From NCBI RefSeq assembly GCF_006345805.1, contig NC_043004.1, forward strand, positions 76,012,001-76,076,000: DNA of 64,000 nt, read 5' to 3'. Both the position numbers and the translations under genes were made by a program. Under the pieces are notes generated by a model. That model was not told where the DNA came from and did no database searches. It saw only the letters and a program-made list of their open reading frames with translations. Shown here piece by piece: positions 11,451 through 25,057 of this stretch. Source of the stretch: Octopus sinensis (lineage: Eukaryota). Numbering within the stretch: position 1 is the stretch's first letter; every line of letters begins with the position of its first letter.

Positions 11451-13419
11451 ATAAATGAAAGATTATAAAAAAGAAAATTAAAAGAATTTCTAAAAATATT
11501 TTATAAATATTTTATTAAAGAAACAACATGCATTTATAAAGATTTTCAATTTTTTTCGTATTTTTACTAATATTTCATTCAAGTATCAAATTGTATCATT
11601 ATGCAAAAGGCAGAGGTTTATAAATTACACTGTGATAACAATAACAACAACAGTCCCTGGGGCGGGGGGCTGTTCCCCAGTTTTAAATAATGCTAGAATG
11701 GGATTCAGAGGAAAGAAGATTCAGCAACTATGATTGGTTATTTATTGAATTTCTTCTTACACAGGCATTAAAGCCTCATATTCACAGGGGAAGAGAGATG
11801 AGATTGCGTGATGTTTATGTCTTTCAGAGAAGCATTGAAAGAACAAAAATGAAATAAAAGTTGAATATCAAAACCAGGTTTTAGGTTAGAATTCAGCTCT
11901 CCAGGAGCTGGCTTTCATGCTAAATTTTACCCAACTACATTCTTTAACTTATACTAAAATATTAAATAAAGAAATTGATAAAAAGAAAGATGAGTATCAT
12001 CTTTAGGTTTTGAGGGATTAAGATTAAATATAACCTTGCTCCTTTTCACACATATACTCTAGTTTTATATATATATACACACACACACATGCCTATATAT
12101 AATTGGTTAGTTGTCCATAAGCCAGAAAAAAAGAAGCATACTTCAGCATGAAGGAGACAATGTGCTTCTAACAGCATCTCTGAAGAGTAGAAGTGACACA
12201 AGTATTGCTAAGTGCAATAGTCTGTGTGAAACTGATGGCAACGTTCTAACCTGTTATATACCATAATCAGTAATATACTGCTCAATGATATATATGTATA
12301 TATAATGTGTATAAACTTATGTATAATACATAAAATTATGTTGTATATGTATGATTTTATTTATATATATACATATACAAAGAAATTAATTTACAAAAAT
12401 GTATGTACAAAAATGATACTTATACAAACATAGAACTGGGAAAATAAGACACTCAGAACGGTTCTAGCGCTGGCGCCCTTGTGTCAACTATTCTGCATAC
12501 TGTTGTTAAGTTACCTTTTATGTTAAGAAATACAAAAGAAGAAATAAGAAGAGAGAAAAAAACTGCTCAAAGAATGCTAGGATAGTCAGACCTGAAATTA
12601 GTTATATATAAAACATTATGGAATTAATTTGTGGAGATTTGTTAGGCTCGCAGCCACGAGGTTGGAGTGACCTTCGTTTGAAACTTTCATTATAAGCTGT
12701 GTCAAGATTATGCTGGATGACAAAAACTGGTGGAAGTAATCTTAATATACCAAGATACATTATAGTTCTAACAGTTCACGAAGAGTTATCTTTCTTGAGA
12801 AATATCACATAAATTTTCAGCTTTTATTGTCTTCACTTTAACTTTAAGAAATTCAATTTGTTGAATACATACATACATATATATATATATATATTATATA
12901 TATATATATATGTCTTTTGATACTCTACAGAAACATAATGATCTAAAGAATTACGGAATGAGCACCACATCCATAAAATATCACCAACAAAATTCCCTGT
13001 GCAATCCATTCCTCTCAATGTCATGCAGTTATTTGTTGTTAGATCAGTTTTTTTTTTTTTTCCTTTTCTTGCAGGAATAAGTAAAAGACACACAAATTTA
13101 TTACTGCCCAGAAGGTCACATACCAACATAATCTTTAAAAAAACAAAATAATTGAGTGTATTGGGGTTTTGTAGAATCGTATTTTGTAGAATCGCATAAA
13201 GACCCTCCTGAGATACAACAACACATACATACATATATATATATATATATCATACATATTAATTATAAACACAAACACACACCACTAGGATTCTACAGTG
13301 TCATATATATACTCACAGATGCATAGTTACATACATTCATATACACACACACACACATATATATATATACATACATACATATATATATATATATACATAC
13401 ATATACATACATATATATG

Positions 13420-13467
<48 letters not shown>

Positions 13468-13484
13468 TACATACATATATATGC

Positions 13485-13515
<31 letters not shown>

Positions 13516-13784
13516 AAGTATTGCTTTTGTTTATTCTATTGTACAAAAACCTAAAAGTACTCAAACCACTTTCATATTAGAATCGTATTGTGTCAAGTCT
13601 CATTGTCTGTCTTCTGATGCACACAGTCAACCAGGAGGCTGATTGCAACTAACCTTATATATATATATATATATATATATTGATAGAAATGGTAAGACAA
13701 CAAAAGAATGAAAGAGACTTCGATATTATGTGAATAGAGGAATTTATCTGTAAATGTAATATGTGACAATTATTCACTTGCCAT

Positions 13785-13845
13785 GATAAAACTCCGAGTT
13801 TCGGATGTCAGATTGGAAATCCACGCCGCCATCTCTTCAGTTATC
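13785..13845 (-). ncRNA. Near-canonical type I hammerhead motif
   Basis: Stem I GATAA/TTATC, core CTGAAGA, stem II GATG/CATC (one extra C before GAAA), stem III ACTC-G-GAGT, triplet GTT. Confidence 0.6.
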
Positions 13846-15048
13846 CGGCCATCGGAAAAACGCTCTGAAAATGACCGTTATACATGCAAACATACACATA
13901 CTGTATATATATTCATACATTTATGTATACACAAACATATGTGTGTGAATGTGTCCAGTAGCATAGTAATTCGGGTCCAGTGCTTGTAAGAAGCTGCCCA
14001 ACATCTAGCAACCGAGTATTTCAAAGATAACAAGGCTAGTCTTCTGGGCATATATAGAGAGCAACCATCTTTATGGAGCCCAAACCTGGACAATGAAGAA
14101 GGAATTTCAAAATCTCCTTGATTGTTGTGGACCAGGTTTCTCTTAAGGGCATGAAACATTTCATAGCACGAGCACAAGATCAATGAAGAGATTCATAGAC
14201 ACATTCTATCCATTTTTGCTGGCCACTACTGATGGGCCATACCATATATAACATTTTGATGATTTCTGTACTCTAAAATAGGACAAACACTACTCAACTA
14301 CATTGTTACTATTGGGAAAGACACACAACATGAAATTATGGATCTATTATAGCTAAGGTGCAGCAGTCAGAGATTACTGGCACAGCATTGTGAAACACAC
14401 CTGGGTTGTGACTACTTTAGAAAGTATAAACACAAGATTTACATGTGAGCTACTATAAGTTTCATGCTATGAAAATTTAGTAATTGGATGGACTTCTATA
14501 GCATACTGTATACTATCCTGCAATCATTCAAAATCCACAGGATACTACACAGCATGCTATACAAGCCTGTCCAATTACAGTATTATTCGAACATGAAACT
14601 TACAGTAGTTCATGTATAAATTTAATTTTATTAAACCATTTTTATCTTTTGCTGGATGTAGGATTTTTCTTGTTGATACCACCACCAAGGGAACAGTAAA
14701 CATAGACACACACACACATGTATGTATGTATGTGTATATATAAATATATATATATGAATATTTATGTATGTATTGTATAGAAAGCAAGCAGTTTTATTGA
14801 CAATCAAATTATCAAGGAAGATGAAGAATATTCCAAAGCTTCATTTCACACCAACTCACGTATATATAAATGCATGAGGACATGCACACACACACTCACG
14901 CACATACACACACACACACCTATCGGTAAAAGGCAGTGCTAGTGACAACAGCAGTTGCAGTGGTAGCAAAACCAAGAGCAGCAGGGTTTTATAGAGATCA
15001 ATTATTTTATATTATATTATATTTTATTTGTGTGTGTGTATACGCATA

Positions 15049-15081
<33 letters not shown>

Positions 15082-15586
15082 GTATCTGTGGAAGCGCAAT
15101 GGCCCAGTGGTTAGGGCAGCGGACTTGTGGTTGTAGGATCGTGGTTTCAATTCCCAGACCGGGCGTTGTGAGTGTTTATTGAGTGCAAACACCTAAATCT
15201 CCACGAGGCTCCGGCAGGGGGTGGTGGCGATCCCTGCTGTAATTTTTCGCCACAACTTTCTCTTACTCTTTCTTCTGTTGGCCTGCTCACTTAGCCAGCG
15301 GGGTGGCGTCATTTGAAGGCTAAAACAATGCGAAGCGCATTGTGACCAGTGATGTGTACCAACATCTGATAGCCTGGGCGGTCACGGTGATATATATATA
15401 TATATCTATACATACACACATACTATTGTGAACCTCTGGTTTGATATTAAAAAGAAAGAAAAAAAACAAACAATATAAAGAAGAAATAATAAAAATAATG
15501 ATAATAATAATAAATAAATAAAACTTATTGCTGTCACCCCTTCCCAATTTTTGTTTATTTATAGAAAGCAGTAATTGACCTGAAAT

Positions 15587-15835
15587 TTAGGCCAGCACAT
15601 GTTTGCGTACTTTGGAACGTACCACTTGTAACATAATTAGTTTTCTAGCCCCGAACTTATCACCTAACGCCACAATAGTGCTGTTGTCTTTACTCATTGT
15701 TACAAAGAACACATCCATGTTTGTATTGAAAGCACAGATCTGCGATCCTGTCTGTGTGCGCCAGAGACGTATTGTACCATCTTGGGAACCAGATGCAATC
15801 ATCTCGTTATCAGATGAGATAGCAACACAAGACAC
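15587..15835 (-). CDS. Last coding exon: WD40 repeats and TAA stop
   Basis: [30 protein letters not shown]...[10 protein letters not shown]; an AATAAA lies 28 nt downstream (15554-15559). Confidence 0.92.
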   Translation of the reverse strand: MSCVAISSDNEMIASGSQDGTIRLWRTQTGSQICAFNTNMDVFFVTMSKDNSTIVALGDKFGARKLIMLQVVRSKVRKHVLA

Positions 15836-16394
15836 CTGGAAAGACACAAGAGGGAAAGAAAAAGAAAAAAAAAAATGTTATTAAATTACTGGTTAGAAGA
15901 AGAAAAAAAATATACACACATATATATATTTCTTTACTACCCACAAGGGGCAAAACACAGAAGAGACAAACAAGGACAGACAAACAGATTAAGTCGATTA
16001 CATCGACCCCAGTGTGAAACTGGTACTTAATTTATTGACCCTGAAATGATGAAAGGCAAAGTCAACCTCGGCGGAATTTGAACTCAGAACATAACGGCAG
16101 ACGAAATACGGCTCTCTTGCACATGGCATCACATAAGATGCCTCTTATGCCCAGTTTTTCCCTCAAGATGCTTACACTCTATCATACATGCAGACTGACA
16201 TTACACATCCAGTGGGGCATACTAGCTTCATTTCTTACAAGCCTACGCATGCCCTCTGCAGCCACAGCTCATGTTTCAATGTTGTGTAGCATGGTTGTTC
16301 ACACACAGGCATCATACAATCTGCTTTTCACTCTGAGGGACAGGCACTTTGTTGTCAACAAAAGTAAAAACTCTCTGAACTTTGCCCAGCTTAT

Positions 16395-16425
<31 letters not shown>

Positions 16426-19400
16426 ATATGTAGAACAAAAAGACAAATTATATATATATAATATATAGATGAGAAATTTTATATATATCATCATCATCAT
16501 CGTTTAACGTCTACTTTCCATGCTAGCATGGGTTGGACGATTTTGACTGAGGGTTGGCGAGCCAGATGGTTGCACCAGGATCCATCTTGATCTGGCAGAG
16601 TTTTTAAAGCTGGATGCCCTTCCTAACGCCAACTGTAGAAACTCTACAGTTGGCGTTATATATATATAGATATAGATATAGATATAAAATATGTTGAAAA
16701 ATATTTAAAACTGGGACCTACCTCTCGTGTATGACCAACCAAAGAGCTGCCCAAAACTTCATTCTTCATGTCCCAAACTTTGACAGTTCCATCAGCTGAA
16801 GCAGACACCAAAACACTAGAATCTTCAGACAGAGCTATTGCAGAGACCTCTGATGTATGCGCATGCAAACCAGAGGAAGAAAGCAGCTGGCGACTTGGCT
16901 GACCATTACGCAGGTTCCAAATGACAAGGTCTCCATTCCTTAAGCCAGTAACAGCTTCGTCTTGGGGTAAAACTGCTGTGCATTCTGGATTAGCATCCAT
17001 TTTCAAGATGCTTGGTTCCACGACGTTGTAGCTGGTTAATGTCATGTCAAAGACAACAAATTCGGCGCTGTTGTCAAATGTGTTGTTGAAACCGGCGACA
17101 GCATATCTGTTGTTCTGCGATAAGCACAAGAAGCTGATGTAGTCGTTGTTGCCCACACTTGCCTCATAGCGCATCTCCTTGATGGGTTGGTTACCCAACA
17201 GATCCCATACAATGATGCTGGTGCTGTTTGCATATTTGTCGGTTCTTCCAAGGGCAACTTTATCACCGTCAGACAAAACTTGCAGAGCAGAACAATATTC
17301 CTGATCAGCCATAACCAATGGGCTTCCTGTCTTGAAATCCCAAATCTGGATGATTGAATAAAAACAAGTAAATAAATAAATAAAAAATAAAAGAGGATGA
17401 ATATAAAATATAACAAAATAAATATAAATAAACATCAGGCGTAGGAGTGGCTGTCTGGTAAGTAGCTTGTTTACCAACCGCAAGGTTCTGGGTTCAGTCC
17501 TACTGAGTGGCACCTTGGGCAAGTGTCTTCTACTATAGCCTCGGGTCGACCAAAGTCTTGTGAGTGGATTTGGTAGATGGAAACTGAAAGAAGCCCGTCG
17601 TATATATGTATATGTATATATATGTATGTGTGTCAGTGTTTGTCCCCCCCAACAGCGCTTGACAACCGATGCTGGTGTCTTTACGTTCCCGTAACCTAGT
17701 TGTTCGGCAAAAGACACTGATAGAATAAGTATTAGGCTTACAAAGAATAAATCCTGGGGTTGATTTGCTTGACTAAAGGCGGTGCTTCAGCATGGCCGCA
17801 GTCAAATGACTGAAACAAGTAAAAGAGTAAACATCAATTTTGTATTCTAACTCTTATGTTAGAAATCATTTCTTTTTACTGATTACACCCAAGCATTTTA
17901 ATGGAAATATGGTAAATTCCATGTTTCACTGGCGAAATCATAATTCTTTCTAATTTTTGGCATAATGTCAGTAATTTTGAAGGGAAGGGGTAAGACAACT
18001 ACATTGACACCAGTGCTCAACTGGTACTTATTTTCTGAACCCTGAGAGGACGAAAGACAAAGTTGACCCCAGAATGAAAAACTGTAAGAAATGCCATTAA
18101 GCATTTTGTCCTGTTTGCTAATGACTCTCCCAGATTGCTGCCCTCACTGATGAAATCATAATAAAACTGAAACATGTTCCAAGTTATCTCCCTTAATTGT
18201 AAGAAGTGAAATATTTCCTTTCCTTTCTTTGGTGGCTCAATCGGTCACTTAAATGTTTGGTCAAGTCTACCAAGTTCTATTAAGGTTATGACAATTGTTA
18301 CAATGGATTTGTAGAGGGCTTAAGTCCTGATGGTATTGTAGGGGCACTGACATGATATACTGTGTGTCTTGGGAATTTTTATAGCTGACAGAGGAATGGT
18401 ACCCTCTTTGAGTGTGAACATGGCTGATTTAAAGAGAGAGAGAGAGAGGGAGAGAGAGAAAGAGAAAGAGAGAGAGAGAAAAAGAGAGAGAGAGAAAGAG
18501 AGAGAGAGAGTGAATATATATAATGGTTAGGTTCCAGCCCAGGCTTCAGCAACAAAGTTCAGCCTCCATACTTCTCGGCCCAACATCGCTGAAAAGGAAA
18601 GTGAATGAGAATGGGGAGAGAGAGGGAGGGAGAGAGTGAAGAAGAGAGAGAGAGAGAGAGAGAGAGAGCAAGAATGAGAGAGGAAAGAAGGAATGAACAT
18701 AACACAGGAAGAGACTTGATTAGTCCAATCAGAAAAGATGTAGGCCAAAATTGAGCTTAGTCACATTTGAGTGCAATAAACCAACATGGTTGCTCAAAGT
18801 ATTTGATCTGATGCTCCAATGACAACTGATAAAGAATTACTGGAAATGGAATAAAAAAAAAAATAACAATGAAGAAAAACAAAAAAAAAACAAGTAAAAA
18901 ATGCCCTGACCTGTAGGTTCCTATTTGTCACTCCTTTCTTTGTGGAAAGTTCATTGACATCCAAGTTATCTGTATGTGCTGAACCAACAAGAAGTTGGCC
19001 ATTGCAAGCAAGATGAAGGTTTGAGGCACCAACAATGTTGCCTTCCATTGCTCGAATAAGTTCACCAGTCTGAAAGGAAGTAAAAAAAAACAATCAAAGA
19101 CTTATCAGAGTTCATCATTTACATTATTTACATTCGACGGATATCTGTCCTCATCTTGTTTGTTGTTAACATGTTTCGGCTGATAAACCCTCCAGCCTTC
19201 ATCAGGTGTCTTGGGAAAATTTCGAACCTGGGTTCTCATTCCTAAGGTATTTTTCAATGTTAAGGAACTTGGAGATGTATATCTGTTGATAAGAGGAACA
19301 TTAGCACAGGAAAAGAAGGATGAACTTGAAAAAAGATATGAAATAAAATTTAGGGACTTTGTGATTTTCACAGTGATATAGGAAAAAAAGGACAAGTAAG

Positions 19401-22400
19401 TGATGTTGACTGATGAGGCAGTTAACATCACTTTCACCTCTCATTTTCTACCCTTTTTCTCATCTTATCATACAATTATTTTTTTGATATTTTGTGTCCC
19501 CAATGTGTCCGCTCTGTGTAAAACCGTATGGTGAATAAACAATCATTATTATTATTATTATTGTTATTCAGGTCACTGCCTGGAATCGAACTCGGAATCT
19601 TGGGGTTAGTAACCCATGCTCTTAACCACTACGCTATATGCCCACGGACATATGGCGTAGTGGTTAAGTACAAATATCTGTCAAATGTAAATAATGTACA
19701 TAATTCCTCATCTCTTAAATATAGAACTGTACTTATCAGAGTTGTTTCCTTTTTACTTTGGATCAGTTTGATTCCCACATATATTAATGCCCATTTTTCT
19801 GTTTCAACATTAGATTATTTTCTATAGTCAGTATATGGTGAAAACTTAATTACATAGCTTAATGCTTTGAGATCTGGTACCAGTAGTAATATTTAAAAAA
19901 AATTTAAGATTCTTCATATTTTTAATATAGACTATTGTTCAATAATATCAACTTCATCTGAGTGTATCTGGTACACTTATTCTATCAGCTTTATGCAGAG
20001 GAAATGTTACATTTGTTCTTTGGTATACTGGCCCCCATCCACCAAGTATACAATTGCATATACCAGATTTTTATTCAGTTGGGCAGCTATTTGCAACATC
20101 AGTAAATGTTTTATTCATTGTTTCCCTTACCAGACAGAATCTCATACAAGCAGGTGGCTGCCTGTGAATACATGCCACTGAAAAGGCCCAAAAAAGCCAA
20201 AATGCATTTGGTGTTGTGGCTGGCTGCTGCTGGGACAAGTTTTTATCTCCCTTTGATATCCCTTGCATTCTTGACACAGCACATCAATTAGAGATGTTAT
20301 CTCTGGACAATTACGGCAGTAACTGGCCTATCAACTGTGTATATACATTAAGTATGATACACAGATGTTACGGTTAGACCATATTATCGTGTATGGAGTA
20401 CAGGGCTGGTTACTGGGTTTCTCTGGCATATACATTCCTTCCAGGATGGGACACCAAGTGGAGGGGAGTAACATTTCGCCCGGCATGCTAATGATTCTGC
20501 CAGCTCATCACCTTTCTTTATCCTATAATAAGGTTAAATGCTCTTTCATCTTTTGCTACTCTGAGTGTGGACTCTAGAAGTTGTAGGTGTTGCAGCCACC
20601 TTTCTCTTATACTTAACCATTGCACCTATCATTTTATATCTCACTTAGCCATGACGGTTGTGACAGGTCTCTGCCAATTTGAAAGGTCTTTTATTTGTTT
20701 CAGTCATCAGACTATGGCCATGCTGGGGCACCACCTAGAAGAGTTTTTAGTTGAATGAATTGACCCCATTACTAATTTTTTTTAGGCTTGGTTCTAGTCC
20801 TATTGTTTTTTTTGCCAAACCACTAAGTTATGGGGGACATAAACAAACCAACACCAACACTGACTGTCAAGTGGAAGTGGAGGACAAACAGACACACACG
20901 TGTGTGTGTGTGTGTGTGTGTATATATACTAGCAGAATTGCCCGGCGTTGCTCGGGGCTGAATTGCTTGAAAGTACTGTTAATGATTGCACTGAATTATG
21001 ATGATAATTCAGGCAAATATTGATATAAGTTTACGGTGGGAGATAAGGACTTAACGATAAAACGTGTGCCATTGCATTGTTTTGGGGGAACCAAATTCTG
21101 ATGAGCATTATAGGGGCACCAACTTAAAGTTTGAGAAAGTGTGGTGGTAGTCCGGGTGCTCAAAGGAATTGAGTACCTCTATTGGATAGTTGATGACGTC
21201 CTCTGGGTCAGGAGTTGTATCGATAGACTGATATACATAGACTTCCCCAGGAATGAGTTTTAGCATTTCATCATTAATATGGTGAACAGTTTTATTCCTC
21301 GGGGCCAGTATAGCCTTTTTGCCAATCCAATCCATATTCTGATAATTAGCTTGTAGATCTGGGAACACTGCATCTCTGAGATCAGAAGGCGTCTTAACAA
21401 TGGTACAAATGGAATCGATGGCAATATTACCATTTTCATCCCCTGGTATTTTGCCTTCGCCAAGTGCAAGGAGGGTGTGAGGAAATGCTGCTGATGTGAT
21501 ATTACGTCGCATATGAGCACGCATATTGGTGTGAAGTTTGAGAGTTACTTCCCTTTATTAAAAAAAATATGCATTAAAATGGAAAAAAATGATGGTAAAT
21601 TATTTGTAAAATCATAGACTCATCGTAGACGCGCGCTAATACCCAGAAGGGCTCGATATGAATCACGACTATAAGATACCCGGTTTTGGTTAAACTGCAT
21701 CGCGAAATGTGGGAGTAGTTAGGAATCTAAATCGGAGTAGACAGACACACAACCTTTCTTTTATATATAAAGATTTTCGTCCTAAAAAACATTGTATGGA
21801 TTGAATGGTTACCTCTATGAAAATATATACACGCCCATTATACATACATGTGTGTATAGATGAATATATAAATACATTTAAATATCTATATACACTTTTG
21901 GGCGATCTTTCTTTTTCTTAGAGATAACTTTAGATCTTATATTCGTCCTAAAAAACTTTGTATGGAGTGAAAGGTTACCTCTATGGAAATATATACACAC
22001 ACATTATACATACATGTGTGTATAGATGAATATATAAATACATTTAAATATCTATATACACTTTTGGGCGATCTTTCTTTTTCTTAGAGATAACTTTAGA
22101 TCTTATATTCGTCCTAAAAAACTTTGTATGGAGTGAAAGGTTACCTCTATGGAAATATATACACACACATTATACATACATCTGTGTATAGATGAATATA
22201 TAAATACATTTAAATATCTATATACACTTTTGGGCGATCTTTCTGCTACTTGTATATACTTTAGATCTTATATTCGTCCTAAAAAACTTTGTATGGAGTG
22301 AAAGGTTACCGCTATGGAAATATATACACACACATTATACATAGGTGCAGGAGTGGCTGTGTGGTAAGTAGCTTGCTAACCAACCACATGGTTCCGGGTT

Positions 22401-25017
22401 CAGTCCCACTGCGTGGCATCTTGGGCAAGTGTCTTCTGCTATAGCCCCGGGCCGACCAATGCCTTGTGAGTGGATTTGGTAGACGGAAACTGAAAGAAGC
22501 CTGTCGTATATATGTATATATATATATATAAGTGTGTGTGTATATGTTTGTGTGTTTGTGTTTGTCCCCCTAGCATTGCTTGACAACCGATGCTGGTGTG
22601 TTTACGTTCCCGTCACTTAGCGGTTCGGCAAAAAAACCCGATAGAATAAGTACTGGGCTTACAAAGAATAAGTCCCAGCATTGCTTGACAACCGATGCTG
22701 GTGTGTTTACATTCCCATCACTTAGCGGTTCGGCAAAAAAAACCAATAGAATAAGTACTGGGCTTACAAAGAATAAGTCCCGGGGTCGATTTGCTCGACT
22801 AAAGGCGGTGCTCCAGCATGGCCGCAGTCATATGACTGAGACAAGTAAAAGAATACATCTGTGTATAGATGAATATATAAATACATTTAAATATCTATAT
22901 ACACTTTAGGGCGATCTTTCTGCTACTTGGATATAGGTCTTATATTCGTCGTAAAAAACTTTCCTGTCACACACTCACTCACACACACACACGCATCCTC
23001 ACACACACACACACGCACACACACTCACACACACACGTTAGCTTACAATTTTATTTATATATTTGCGTGTCTATGTGTGTAAAGTGGAAGTGGGAATGTA
23101 GAGTGAAATAGTCACTCACTACAGAAAGTGAATTAGTTTCACTTTATTCGTTGCACACTGTGTGTGTGCGTTTGCGTGTGCTGTATCCCACACTAAGAGA
23201 AACATTTGACTCATACACCACAATGTGAGTTTTCTCTAAATTTTGCTTAATTGGGGTTGAAATTTTAAAAAGTAGACCTGTCACGACCCGATGCATTCTA
23301 CTCTTAAAAATGCTAGGTAAATTGTAATTGAAGAAATCCTATATTGTAGATTTCTATAAGATACAAAGGGAGGCAGATAAAATCTGCCTTTTATAATAAG
23401 AGATATATAAATTTATATAAATAAGGATAAGATCGTTAATTTAAAAATAAAAGAACGATTTTATCAAGTGGTCAGCATGGAAAAAATAACCTTCAAAGGT
23501 TATTATGTATATATATATATATATATATATATTCAAAGGTTATTATATATATATATACGAGCAAAAGCCCCCCCCCCATCCAATGGATGGTGCTGAGTTG
23601 TCAAACATTTAAACAAAATTTTCTCAAAACAACTTGTCTGACCGTCCCATAGGCCTCTCCTTTGAGAAACACTGATTTAACCTAAATTTGAGACACCGTG
23701 CATTTTGCTTGCAGCTGATGTACTTGTGCATACAAATGCACGTTCCCACGGCTTTATCAATTGCATTCTCACCTGGAATCGATTTTTGTAATTTTTTCAA
23801 GACTTATACATGCCCTGATACCATTGGTATCTACATATCAAATTTGAGCGCAATCGGATGGAGGATGCCTGAGATCTGAGAAGACACACACACAGACAGA
23901 CAGAATGGATTTTATATAATAGATATATACACACACACATATATACGATGAGCTTCCTTCAGTTTGTGTCAACTAAATCCACTCGCAAGGCTATGTTTTG
24001 CCTTCGGCTATAGTAGAAGACACTTGTCTAAGGTGCCACACAGTGGGACTGAACCCAGAACCATGTGGTTGGAAAGCAAACTTCTTACCACACAACCACG
24101 CTTGTGCCTATCTTAACCCTTTAGCATTCAACCCAGCCATATCGGGCTTTAATATTCACCCTGTTTTATGTTCAAACTCACCAGATCCTACCTGTCACAC
24201 TTACCCTACAATGTCATTCTAAAAATAAACTCTCAGGAGTGGCTGTGTGGTAAAATGCTTGCTTCTCAACCACGTGGTCCTGAGTTCAGTCCTATTGTGT
24301 GGTACCTTGGGCAAGTGTCTTCTACTATGGTCTTGGGCTGACCAAAGCCTTGTGAGTGGATTTGGTAGATGGAAATTGAAAGAAGCCCTTTGTATATATA
24401 TGTGTGTGTGTGTGTCTGTGTTTGTGCTCTCAGCATTGCTCGACAACCGATGTTGGTGTGTTTATGTCCCTGTAGCTTAGCGGTTTGGCAAAAGAGACTG
24501 TTGAAATAAGTGCTAGGATTACAAAGAATAAGCCCTGGGGTTGATTTGTTTGACTAAAGGCAGTGCTCCAGCATGGCCGCAGTCAAATGACTGAAACAAA
24601 TAATAGAAAAGAACATCTTCACGATCTTGAAGCTACAAGATAATACATGATTAATTCCAAACAGAGTGCATAACGAAGCATTACGGTTGAGAGAGGGATT
24701 TGGTAGCAAAAGGGTTAAGAAAGGGTTTATTTACATTATTTACACTATTTACATTTGATGGATATTTGTCCTCATCTTGTTTGTTGTTAACATTTTTCGG
24801 CTGATATACCCTCCAGCCTTCATCAGGTGTCTTGGGGAAATTTCAAACCTGGGTTCTCATTCCTAAGGTATTCTTCAATGTTATTATTATTATTATTATT
24901 ATTATCATTATTATTGTTATTGAGTGAGAGAGCAGTGCTTGCCATCAAAGTGACATTGGGGTAAAATATATAAAGCCCCCCCCCCAGTGTCACTTTGATG
25001 GCAAGCACTGCTCTCTC

Positions 25018-25057
<40 letters not shown>

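Noticed and set aside
15587-15601. C-terminal HVLA as a neurexin-like PDZ ligand
   Set aside because: Only a weak class II match ending in Ala; not supportable without conservation data.
18146-18185. CTGATGA...GAAACATGT as another hammerhead
   Set aside because: Neither stem I nor stem II can be paired.
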